DNA from: Bacteroidaceae bacterium
Lineage (GTDB): Bacteria > Bacteroidota > Bacteroidia > Bacteroidales > Bacteroidaceae
NCBI GenBank assembly: GCA_045643405.1
Contig: JAZUKS010000084.1
Span: 1,299 to 65,298 of the forward strand
Direction of reading: 5' to 3'
Length of the DNA stretch: 64,000 nucleotides
In this document: in pieces, positions 38,033 to 46,341 of the stretch
How positions within the stretch are numbered: the first letter of the stretch is position 1
How the letters are laid out: every line of letters begins with the position of its first letter
Program-made: the position numbers and the translations under genes
The notes under the pieces: generated by a model
Databases searched by the model: none
What the model was told of the DNA's origin: nothing
The model's input: only the letters and a program-made list of their open reading frames with translations

Positions 38033-38644
38033 TTATGCTCTCTGGTTGTAAGCAATGCGGTTTGCCTTCTGTGTGTAGCGTTTAGCGATGTGCATGCTGT
38101 GCAGAATCTCCTGAGCCACGTTCAGTTTTTCCTCGAGCGAAGCCTCTGTCTGCTCTTGTACTAATCTGATCTGCTCCTGAGCCTGCTTCATCTCCTGACG
38201 TGCATGCTTGACAGCCTTCTTGTAGTCGCGACGATCCTTCTTGCTCATCTTGGCAAGTTCCTCTTCGCTTAGTTCGGTGATACGGAATGACATCGTGTTT
38301 ACGGGCTGCATAGCCAAAGCATTGTGAGCAGGCATAGCCATGAAAGCGTTGCGTGTTGACATTGCCATGGGGGCAGTGGGGAATCCTCCGCGATGGTGAC
38401 GGAAACCTCTTCCGTGATGCATGCCGCGCATGTGGCTTCCGGGCATTGCCATGACGTGATGGCGTAAACTTTCTTTATCGTTGTTCTCTGTGCAGAACTT
38501 GTCGTTTGCAGGTGCTTCATCCTTGTCGCTTACTTGCTCGGTGGCGTTGAGCTTATCATCCACGTTGTTGAACTGCTGTGCGTTGCATACGTTAGAAACT
38601 GCAAAAAATGCTACTGCCAAAATTGAAATGCCTAAAGTCTTCAT
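38033..38644 (-). CDS. Secreted His/Met-rich protein with a C-terminal helical region; possibly a Spy/CpxP/ZraP-like periplasmic metal-binding chaperone
   Basis: 203 aa with a signal peptide. The tract is LRHHVMAMPGSHMRGMHHGRGFRHHRGGFPTAPMAMSTRNAFMAMPAHNALAM, followed by a charged helical segment (LSEEELAKMSKKDRRDYKKAVKHARQEMKQAQEQIRLVQEQ). The function is inferred. Confidence 0.5.
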   Translation of the reverse strand: MKTLGISILAVAFFAVSNVCNAQQFNNVDDKLNATEQVSDKDEAPANDKFCTENNDKESLRHHVMAMPGSHMRGMHHGRGFRHHRGGFPTAPMAMSTRNAFMAMPAHNALAMQPVNTMSFRITELSEEELAKMSKKDRRDYKKAVKHARQEMKQAQEQIRLVQEQTEASLEEKLNVAQEILHSMHIAKRYTQKANRIAYNQRA

Positions 38645-38890
38645 GTTGTCTTGTTTTTATAGTTATTAATTTTTTTGCTTTTGTTTTTCGGCAATGTTTT
38701 ATCGTTGCCTTCTGTACATTTGACTCCGAAAAAGGCTTTGGGTTTAGTCGGGTTTTCCCTATATCCGAGGGGAAAAACCCTAAGCTGCATTGAAAGGAAC
38801 AATACAAAGTAAACAAAACAAAATAAAGGTAGCAAAAGAGTACAAAGAACTCAGAACTGAGAATTCAAAACAAGATAATCCACATAAACG

Positions 38891-38920
38891 AATAATGGCG
38901 GCCAAACGGTCGCCATTATT
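38891..38920. terminator. Hairpin AATAATGGCGGCC-aaac-GGTCGCCATTATT after glmM
   Basis: 13-bp stem with one G-U pair, 23 nt past the glmM stop (38943). Confidence 0.6.
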
Positions 38921-38942
38921 AAATGTATGTACTGGAAGAATA

Positions 38943-40328
38943 TTAAACCATGCTATACACTACGTCCATAACCTTTTTGCCAATCTCATCGGCAGCTTCC
39001 ATAGTGCTTGCCTCTGAATAGACGCGGATGATGGGCTCGGTGTTCGACTTGCGAAGATGCACCCACTTGTCGGGGAAGTCAATCTTCACACCATCGATGT
39101 CGTTTACCTCCTCATCCTTGTACAGTTCCTTCACCTTGACAAGGATAGCATCCACGTCAGTTTCGGGAGTAAGGTCGATGCGGTTCTTGGCAATAAAGTA
39201 AGGAGGATAGGTGGCACGCAACTCACTTGTCTTCATCTGCTTCTTGGCCAAATAGGTCAGGATGAGAGCGATACCTACCAAGGCGTCGCGACCACTGTGA
39301 GCAGCGGGATAGATGACTCCGCCATTGCCCTCGCCACCAATAACAGCATTGGTCTCACACATCTTGGTCACCACATTCACCTCACCCACAGCAGCTGCGG
39401 TGTATTTGCAACCAGCGTACTTGTTGGTCACGTCGCGCAGAGCACGGGTAGAAGAGAGGTTGCTGACAGTATTGCCAGGAGTATGCTGTAAGATGTAGTC
39501 GGCCACGGTAACGAGAGTGTACTCCTCACCATACATGGTACCATCCTCACAGAACAATGCCAGACGGTCCACATCGGGGTCAACAACGAAACCGATATCA
39601 TGACCACCCTTCTGCATCAAGGCCTTGATGTCACCAAGGTTCTTCTCCAAAGGTTCGGGGTTATGCTGGAAGTCGCCAGTAGGTTCGGTAAACATACCCG
39701 TGTACTCCACACCCAACTGGTCGAACAACTTAGGCAGGATGATACCACCAACAGAGTTAACGGCATCGAATGCCACCTTGAACTTGGCGGCCTTCACAGC
39801 CTCTACGTCAACGAGGTCCAGACCGAGCACCATATCGATGTGCTTCTGGTCGTAACTATTGTCCTCAATATACTTGCCCAGGTGATCTACATCAGCGTAT
39901 TCAAAATCCTCTGCCTCTGCAATGCGAAGCACCTCCTCGCCCTGCTCCTTGTCGAGGAACTCGCCCTTCTCGTTGAGCAGTTTCAAGGCATTCCACATAC
40001 GGGGGTTATGGCTGGCAGTAAGGATGATACCGCCACAAGCACCTTCGCCCGTTACGGCAATCTCGGTGGTAGGTGTTGAAGCCAGACCGATGTTCACCAC
40101 ATCGAATCCCATACCCATAAGGGTACCACAAACCACATTCTTTACCATCTCGCCCGAGATACGAGCGTCGCGACCAACCACAATCTTATTGCTGGTCACC
40201 TTGGTGGTCTTACGAATCAGCGTAGCGTATGCGCTGGTAAACTTTACGATGTCAAGTGGATTAAGGGTATCACCAGCCTTGCCACCGATGGTACCGCGAA
40301 TACCTGAAATTGATTTGATAAGTGTCAT
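38943..40328 (-). CDS. glmM: Phosphoglucosamine mutase (alpha-D-phosphohexomutase family)
   Basis: 461 aa. The phosphoserine loop is GIILTASHNP and the Mg site is FVVDPDVDR. The sugar-binding region is GGEGNGG. Confidence 0.85.
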   Translation of the reverse strand: MTLIKSISGIRGTIGGKAGDTLNPLDIVKFTSAYATLIRKTTKVTSNKIVVGRDARISGEMVKNVVCGTLMGMGFDVVNIGLASTPTTEIAVTGEGACGGIILTASHNPRMWNALKLLNEKGEFLDKEQGEEVLRIAEAEDFEYADVDHLGKYIEDNSYDQKHIDMVLGLDLVDVEAVKAAKFKVAFDAVNSVGGIILPKLFDQLGVEYTGMFTEPTGDFQHNPEPLEKNLGDIKALMQKGGHDIGFVVDPDVDRLALFCEDGTMYGEEYTLVTVADYILQHTPGNTVSNLSSTRALRDVTNKYAGCKYTAAAVGEVNVVTKMCETNAVIGGEGNGGVIYPAAHSGRDALVGIALILTYLAKKQMKTSELRATYPPYFIAKNRIDLTPETDVDAILVKVKELYKDEEVNDIDGVKIDFPDKWVHLRKSNTEPIIRVYSEASTMEAADEIGKKVMDVVYSMV

Positions 40329-40517
40329 AAGGACCTTCCCTCCTGCCCCGTCCCTGATGTCCGGAGAGTAGAATGATTAGTGGAGGGAGCATTCTACTTT
40401 TATGGTTAATTATCTTTTTTTATTGTCTGGCGCGAGCAGTAACCTGAACAAGGAGATGCCCGCAGGCAAAATGAAAACAAGAAAGCACTTGTCATCACAC
40501 CTATTTATATTATTATG

Positions 40518-40525
40518 CAAAGTTA
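40518..40525 (-). promoter_or_regulatory. Candidate -7 box (TAacTTTG on the minus strand) for glmM, implying a ~185-nt leader
   Basis: Plus strand reads CAAAGTTA preceded by TG. This is the only good box I see between 40329 and 40700 on this strand. Confidence 0.4.
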
Positions 40526-40993
40526 CAATTTCCATTCGAAAGCACAAAATTTTTCACTTCATAATTAAGCGATGGCTGAATAATAACTACGTGCGTTTTT
40601 GTTTTTCTGTTGGACGCCTCGCACTATTTTGATGGCAGTCCTGTGCCCACCTCATCTATCATGACCCCCACACCTATCGTTCCCGATGGTGACTGTTTGG
40701 CACCCTCCCCTACGGTCACAGTCGTTCCTCGCATCACCTAAAAAGTGCAACAAAACCAAGTCGTCTATAGCCGTTTTTCATTTCATCATTACCTTAAAAA
40801 AATGGTATTTTGCTCATCAACAGCAAAAAAAATATCCTTCAGCATGAGCATTTTCTACCCAAACCTACCACAATTTTGCCATGCACATTTGTCATTAAGT
40901 AAAAACTCCGTCAAAAAGTAAAAAAATTATGATTTTAAGTACATATTCCACGTCATATCGGTAAAAAGTATTGTGCAATCAGAATATTATATT

Positions 40994-41001
40994 TATCTTT
41001 G
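40994..41001 (+). promoter_or_regulatory. Candidate orphan -7 box TAtcTTTG with no ORF downstream
   Basis: TATTATATTTATCTTTGCATC. The next credible terminator is at 41193-41228. Confidence 0.35.
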
Positions 41002-41192
41002 CATCAGAAAAAGATAGCATGACGTATATTGAATATCAGATTGTGAGGTTTTAATGTCGTGAGATATGGAACTTTTCCTGAGCCTACAACAGGTTCATCA
41101 AAGGTTACTCCAATTTGTTATTTAATTTAGTTACAAAGGTTGAATATTTTGCATAAAAAATTCACCGAATCATTTTATGATTATGATCTAGT

Positions 41193-41228
41193 AAAAAAAG
41201 AGGTTGTCGTGAGACAGCCTCTTTTTTT
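41193..41228. terminator. Bidirectional rho-independent terminator
   Basis: AAAAAAA-GAGGTTGTC-gtga-GACAGCCTC-TTTTTTT. It lies 90 nt past the GH25 gene stop on the minus strand. Confidence 0.8.
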
Positions 41229-41236
41229 ATATATAA

Positions 41237-41278
41237 TTCAAGTTTCGCAGACTCAACTTCTTTGGGAGTTATGCGCCT
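41237..41278. repeat. Left copy of a ~40-nt direct repeat flanking the GH25 gene
   Basis: TTCAAGTTTCGCAGACTCAACTTCTTTGGGAGTTATGCGCCT compared with 43446-43485 TTCAAGTTTTGCAAGCTCAACTTGTAGCAGTTATGTGCCT. About 33 of 42 positions match. Confidence 0.6.
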
Positions 41279-41318
41279 AAAGGCAGAAGAACTTCCCAAA
41301 GCGACGAAGGAGCTTGCG

Positions 41319-43346
41319 CTACTTTATTCCATTCTCACTTACAAACTCCTCAAACTGTTCGTACGATCCGTTGAACACGTCAATGTCAACATCGGGAGTA
41401 ATACCCTTCACGTTTCCGTCGTCAGAGAGTTGCCAGAACACCAGACGCACATAGGGGCGATACTGACTGTAGCGTGCCACCCACACCGGGCATGCCTTCA
41501 CCTCATCAGGAGCCGTAGCCATATAAGTATCCACAAAGTTCTGGTTAACGTAGAGCACAGGTTGGGTATGGCAATGTGCCTTCACCACACGTATCCATTC
41601 CACCATCTCTCGCAGCATCACCTCAGCGCCACCCATCTGTTCAATCTGCTTGGTCGACAGTTCCACGTCAAGCATGGGAGGCAAGTCTCCCTTCTTCAAA
41701 GAGGCATGTTGCAGGAACCATTCAGCCTGGCTCTTTCCGTCCATTGGCGAGAAGAAATGATAATGCCCCACGTGTACGCCTACCTGACGTGCCTGGAACG
41801 CATCCTCGGTACTGTAATCGCTCTTGGTGCGGACACCCTGTGTTGCCTTGATGTAGCAGAACGACACGGGATAGTCGGTACTGCCATGTACGGTCTTCTT
41901 CGTGCGCGTACCTAAATTAGTAACGCGCATGTCCTGCCAGCGTATGGGGAACTTACGCTTTCCCTTCTCATGCTGATAACGGGCAATATCGATACCATAT
42001 ACACGGTCTGCATGATAGATGATGTGCTCACCCATGAATTTGCCCTTCTTCCACGAACCGATGCTGACAATACGCCCAGGCATGATGCCGATGCCGAAAC
42101 CATGACGGGCACCATCAAGCCACTCGCCTTCGTAGTAGGACTGTCCCATGACCTTGCCCTCGCCACACGGACGAAGCATTCCGTCGAAATCTCCTATATA
42201 GCGCTCCACACGCAAGGTGTCGAACACACTCTGACGGTATCCCTTCCATCGTTCGCCACGAGGCAGGGTATCTGCCTCCCACACGCCCACGAAAGTATAG
42301 CCCAACGAGTCGGTATAGGTACCGAAACCCTCGTGTGGACGCTCTCCCACTCTGCACAGATACTCAACAGGTTCCGATGCGCTGGGCAGGGAACCGCCAA
42401 ACCAACTGCCAATCCACTGGCGGAAACTGCTCCACCAGGCGCCAGGGGCAAAGGCGTAACCGCCTCTCTCCACCCATCCCGTTGGCGTTACCACTGCCCT
42501 CAGATGGGCACGCGCATCCACTACCGGCGCTCCCGAGAAGATGGATGGGAAAGGAGTATCGTTGGAAACGTTCTCCATATCCACTATCTTGGGCACAAAG
42601 GCGAGCGAATCAGAAGTTGCTTGAGGTTCAACAAGATAACCTATTGCCATACGTTGCTCATTGCCCCAACGCAAGGATGTAGGATTGAACACATAAGCAC
42701 CCTCAGGCAACTTCCCGTCGCTGAGTCGGCAATGACTCTCGTCCACACTTTCCGCCTTGAAGCATCTCAGCGTATCGCTCAGGGTGGGACGATAGTAAAC
42801 CACCAACGAGCGTTGGAAACGTAACGAAAACTCGTCCTTCTGCAAAGCGGTCTCCAAGGCATCCTGCAACAGTTTCAAGCTGTCCACCTCGTGTATCAGC
42901 ACGTCGCGCAATGCCATTACCTGGTTGTATCCGTCATCCACCACGGTGTGTGTACGGTCGTAGTACGCCATCTCATCCAGCATGTCGTCGAGTTCGCCCT
43001 GTCGCATCGTAGTGCGTGCCTGCAGGTCGGTGAGCAGCACACGGATGCTGTCCTTCGAGAGTGCCTCCACCGAGTCGTCGGCATGAGCCCAATGTGTCTC
43101 AATATCACCGCCACGGCTCACAAAGAAACCCGTGCAATAGGTCTTCTCTATGCCTGTCAGCGCCAAGGCCTTGTCCTCGCCATAGCACAGCATCAGCTGG
43201 TGGTCGCTCTCTATCAGCACCACGCCGCGCACCATGCGCTCAATGGGTACGCTGAACAGGGTGTACATGTATGCGAATACACACCACAGCACAATGCCCA
43301 CCAATGCTATGATGCCGGGTTTCTTTCTTATCGTTATTTTTTTCAT
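41319..43346 (-). CDS. Membrane-anchored GH25 muramidase (lysozyme) with MORN repeats
   Basis: ORF track 41319..43436. I prefer the ATG at 43346 (MKKITIRKKPGIIALVGIVLWCVFAYMYTLF as a TM anchor). MORN-like repeats are GFGTYTDSLGYTFVGVW and YYEGEWLDGARHGFGIG. The C-terminal GH25 motifs are YGIDIARYQ, YIKATQG and LPPMLDVE. Confidence 0.75.
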   Translation of the reverse strand: MKKITIRKKPGIIALVGIVLWCVFAYMYTLFSVPIERMVRGVVLIESDHQLMLCYGEDKALALTGIEKTYCTGFFVSRGGDIETHWAHADDSVEALSKDSIRVLLTDLQARTTMRQGELDDMLDEMAYYDRTHTVVDDGYNQVMALRDVLIHEVDSLKLLQDALETALQKDEFSLRFQRSLVVYYRPTLSDTLRCFKAESVDESHCRLSDGKLPEGAYVFNPTSLRWGNEQRMAIGYLVEPQATSDSLAFVPKIVDMENVSNDTPFPSIFSGAPVVDARAHLRAVVTPTGWVERGGYAFAPGAWWSSFRQWIGSWFGGSLPSASEPVEYLCRVGERPHEGFGTYTDSLGYTFVGVWEADTLPRGERWKGYRQSVFDTLRVERYIGDFDGMLRPCGEGKVMGQSYYEGEWLDGARHGFGIGIMPGRIVSIGSWKKGKFMGEHIIYHADRVYGIDIARYQHEKGKRKFPIRWQDMRVTNLGTRTKKTVHGSTDYPVSFCYIKATQGVRTKSDYSTEDAFQARQVGVHVGHYHFFSPMDGKSQAEWFLQHASLKKGDLPPMLDVELSTKQIEQMGGAEVMLREMVEWIRVVKAHCHTQPVLYVNQNFVDTYMATAPDEVKACPVWVARYSQYRPYVRLVFWQLSDDGNVKGITPDVDIDVFNGSYEQFEEFVSENGIK

Positions 43347-43397
43347 AATAAATCTGTATTTTCTTGGAGGAATTCTCGCCATCCCAAAAAGATTGTG

Positions 43398-43405
43398 CAA
43401 ATATA
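43398..43405 (-). promoter_or_regulatory. Candidate -7 box (TAtaTTTG on the minus strand) for the GH25 gene
   Basis: Plus strand reads CAAATATA preceded by TG, 52 nt upstream of the ATG at 43346. It lies inside the N-terminal extension of the track ORF. Confidence 0.45.
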
Positions 43406-43445
43406 CAAAAAAAAATATGGATAAGTTAGTGAACAAAATTATTTT

Positions 43446-43485
43446 TTCAAGTTTTGCAAGCTCAACTTGTAGCAGTTATGTGCCT
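43446..43485. repeat. Right copy of the direct repeat flanking the GH25 gene
   Basis: See 41237-41278. Confidence 0.6.
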
Positions 43486-43489
43486 TGGC

Positions 43490-43552
43490 GTGAAAGTTAA
43501 AGGAAGTTATGAGAAGTTAAGGGGAGTCAAAAAGAAAAGTTAGAGGAAGTCA
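43490..43552. repeat. Purine-rich AAGTTA word repeats with 10-nt phasing
   Basis: AAGTTA occurs at 43494, 43504, 43514 and 43537. Confidence 0.8.
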
Positions 43553-43578
43553 TCGCTGTCGCTTCCTTAATTTGGGAG

Positions 43579-43626
43579 CGCAAAAACTGCATTTTATCGG
43601 AGTTTAAGGACGCAAAAACTGCATTT
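43579..43626. repeat. Direct repeat CGCAAAAACTGCATTT x2 (period 32)
   Basis: Exact 16-nt copies at 43579-43594 and 43611-43626. Confidence 0.85.
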
Positions 43627-43663
43627 CGCATATTTTCAGCGAAATCCCCTCCAAGACAACGAG

Positions 43664-44992
43664 TCAAAATACCGACTGCACAGCGTGGAGAAGGCGGGTG
43701 AGTGCCTCCTGAAGCACCGAACGTGGGACGGCCACATTCAGTCGCATGTAGCCAGCGGCGCAGTTGGGCGTAGTGCCCACACCAAACATCTCGCCATCGT
43801 TGAGAGCCAGGTGAGCCTTGTCGATGAAGAAGTCGAGCAGACGGTTGCCCTGAGGCGAATAGGGCGTATGGGGGTCGGGAGCCATGAGGTAATGGGGCAA
43901 GCGGTCGAGGTATGCCTTCAGCTGACGGCAATCAAGCCACACCAGGAAGGAGGCCTCGGGACGTATCACCCTGACGAGCCGACAACCAGCCGCATTGGCA
44001 GAATGAGCCGCCACGGCATTGATGTGGGCATCGACAAACTGCTCCACGTAGAGGATGTTCTGCTCCACATACCCCAGCATCTGCCTGCGCCACTCCTCGC
44101 CATGCTGCAAGGCCTCGATGGTGGCAATGGGAGCAAAGATGTCGGGATCGTTCAGCTCGTTGACAGTCAGCCAGCTGTAGAAGCGACGGCGCAAGGAGTC
44201 GTCGGGCACGATGGCGTATGACGACACAATGCCTGCAATGTTAAACGTCTTGGAGGGTGCCTGGAAGGTGATGCTGATGCTCCGAGCCTCATCCGACACG
44301 CTGGCAAAGGGGATGTGGCGGTGGCCAAAGAGTGCCATGTCGGCATGTATCTCGTCGGAGATAACCAGTACACCATACTCATGGCACAGATGCGCCAGGC
44401 GTACAAGCACTTCCCTACCCCAGCACACGCCACCAGGGTTGTGAGGGTTGCAGAGTATCAGCACGGCACGTGGATGGAGTGCTAAGGCGCCCTCGTCGGT
44501 GGATGGCAACCTACGCAGCATGTCTTCAAGTCCTTCAAGATCCATGTCATAGAGGCCATCCTCACGCTGCACAAGCGGATTGTACACCACCTTGCGCTCG
44601 TTGCCCTGAGGGGTGAGACGGAAGGGATGATACACAGGGGGCTGTATGATGACCGTATCGCCTGGCTTGGTAAACACGTTTATCGCCATGCCGATGCCCT
44701 TGACAATGCCCGGAATGAAGGTCAGCCACTCGGGTTGCAGTTGCCAATCGTGATGCTGCCTAACCCATTCTATGACGGTTGGCCATAGTTCGGCAGGCGT
44801 CATGGTGTAGCCAAAGAGTGAGTGCTGCAAACGCTTGCGCAATGCCTCGGTAATGAACTGAGGCGTTTCAAAATCCATATCGGCCACCCAAAGGGGCAGC
44901 AGGTCGTCACGTCCCCAGCGAGGCAACAGGGCACCTTGCTTCAAATCGCCGCTACCCGAACGATCTATTATGCTATCGAAACTGTAAGTCAT
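43664..44992 (-). CDS. PatB/MalY-type PLP-dependent C-S lyase (cystathionine beta-lyase-like aminotransferase class I/II)
   Basis: ORF track 43664..45070. I prefer the ATG at 44992 (MTYSFDSIIDRSGSGDLKQGALLP...LPLWVADMDFETP), the canonical MalY/PatB N-terminus. The upstream 26 codons overlap a repeat element. Confidence 0.8.
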   Translation of the reverse strand: MTYSFDSIIDRSGSGDLKQGALLPRWGRDDLLPLWVADMDFETPQFITEALRKRLQHSLFGYTMTPAELWPTVIEWVRQHHDWQLQPEWLTFIPGIVKGIGMAINVFTKPGDTVIIQPPVYHPFRLTPQGNERKVVYNPLVQREDGLYDMDLEGLEDMLRRLPSTDEGALALHPRAVLILCNPHNPGGVCWGREVLVRLAHLCHEYGVLVISDEIHADMALFGHRHIPFASVSDEARSISITFQAPSKTFNIAGIVSSYAIVPDDSLRRRFYSWLTVNELNDPDIFAPIATIEALQHGEEWRRQMLGYVEQNILYVEQFVDAHINAVAAHSANAAGCRLVRVIRPEASFLVWLDCRQLKAYLDRLPHYLMAPDPHTPYSPQGNRLLDFFIDKAHLALNDGEMFGVGTTPNCAAGYMRLNVAVPRSVLQEALTRLLHAVQSVF

Positions 44993-45019
44993 TGTCTGTA
45001 TGTGAAAGAGAAAAAATGT

Positions 45020-45064
45020 CCCCCTAACCCCCAACTTTTGACTGGTCAAAATGTAGGGAATAAG
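45020..45064 (-). repeat. 45-nt hairpin element, copy 1 (reads CTTATTCCCTACATTTTGACCAGTCAAAAGTTGGGGGTTAGGGGG on the minus strand)
   Basis: Matches 54681-54727 on the plus strand (CTTATTCCCTACATTTTGACCGTAGTCAAAAGTCGGGGGGTAAGGGG). The core palindrome is TTTTGAC..GTCAAAA. Confidence 0.85.
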
Positions 45065-45121
45065 AGCCATGTTGAAACAACAAATTTGTTATACAAAAGA
45101 GATGAATTATTTCACCATCAC

Positions 45122-46339
45122 TTACAACGCTTGCAGGATGTCGTCGTAGAGGTCATCCACACACTCCAATCCCACCGAGATGCGCACGGTCGTATCCAGC
45201 ACATCCATTGCTTTGCGCTGCTCCTCGCTGAAGTTGGCAAAGATGGTCGAGGCAGGATGAATGGCCAGCGTCCTGTTGTCGAACAGGTTGGTGGCTCGGT
45301 GGATGAGCTGCAAGCGGTTAATGAACCGGTGACAACTCTCCCTGCTGTCCAGGTCGATGGTGAGCATAGCACTTATGGCAGCACCGCCAGGGGGGGCATG
45401 CAGGGCAGATGCCTTGCCATACTGCTGGCAGGCAAGTTCGTAGCCAGGGCAGCTTGCCAAACCAGGATAGTTTACGCGCACAATGGCAGGATGCGCAGAC
45501 AGGCGCTGGGCAAGCTCCAAGGCATTGGCCGACTGCACCCGATAACGGGCGTTGAGCGTCTCCAAACCTAATGTCTGCATATAGGCAGCATGAGGGGTCA
45601 TGTAGGCTCCCAGATTGAAGAGCAGCTCCCACTTGATGGCACGCGTCACCTCGGGAAATGTTCCGTAGCTGATTACCAAACCACCCAAGCTGGTGGCACC
45701 GCCCGAGACGTACTTGGTGGAGCTTACCAGTTCAAAGTCAACACCTAAGTCCTTGGCAGAGAATTCTGTAAACGGAACCATGGTTGTATCGGCCACCAGG
45801 GGTACCGACGCCCGTCCGTCCTTCTCGCTATGGGCTATTTGCGAGAGGGCCTTCAAGTCGGCCACCTCGAGTTGCGGATTGGTGATAATCTCCAGAAACA
45901 CGCATGCCGTATTGGCATCAATAGCAGCATCCACCTCATCCAGGTTTGTCATATCAACCAGACGGGCTTCCACACCATAGCGAGCCAATGTCTTGGTTAT
46001 CAAGGCAAAGGTATTGCCAAAAAGGTGGCGTGAAGTGACGATGTTCTTCCCTGCACCACTGCAAGCCAGCAAGGTGTTACTGATGGCAGCCATGCCGGAG
46101 TTGAATGCCACCACATCGGTGGCTCCGGTAAGCGCTTTCACCCTGTCCTCAAAATGCGTAACGGTGGGGTTCATCGTGCGCGAGTAGTCGGGTTCGAGCA
46201 CCCTGCCCGTAAAAGCCTCCGTCATCATGTCGGCGGTAGCAAACTCATAGGCGCAGGTGTGATATACTGGCATACTCAGCGAGCCGTATGCATCATGATG
46301 TGGATAGGGGGTGTTGATGGCTATTGTTCTTTTATCCAT
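45122..46339 (-). CDS. Cys/Met-metabolism PLP enzyme (O-acetylhomoserine sulfhydrylase / methionine gamma-lyase family)
   Basis: 405 aa. Family motifs are YSRTMNPT, AFNSGMAAI, the PLP-lysine region LVSSTKYVSGG and IRISVGLE near the C-terminus. Confidence 0.8.
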   Translation of the reverse strand: MDKRTIAINTPYPHHDAYGSLSMPVYHTCAYEFATADMMTEAFTGRVLEPDYSRTMNPTVTHFEDRVKALTGATDVVAFNSGMAAISNTLLACSGAGKNIVTSRHLFGNTFALITKTLARYGVEARLVDMTNLDEVDAAIDANTACVFLEIITNPQLEVADLKALSQIAHSEKDGRASVPLVADTTMVPFTEFSAKDLGVDFELVSSTKYVSGGATSLGGLVISYGTFPEVTRAIKWELLFNLGAYMTPHAAYMQTLGLETLNARYRVQSANALELAQRLSAHPAIVRVNYPGLASCPGYELACQQYGKASALHAPPGGAAISAMLTIDLDSRESCHRFINRLQLIHRATNLFDNRTLAIHPASTIFANFSEEQRKAMDVLDTTVRISVGLECVDDLYDDILQAL

Positions 46340-46341
46340 AA

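Noticed and set aside
44993-45070. 26-codon N-terminal extension of the PatB-like ORF. The same applies to the 30-codon extension of the GH25 ORF (43347..43436) and the 45-codon extension of metF (62401..62535).
   Set aside because: The extensions overlap a repeat element, a promoter box or the upstream gene respectively. The internal ATGs give canonical family N-termini.
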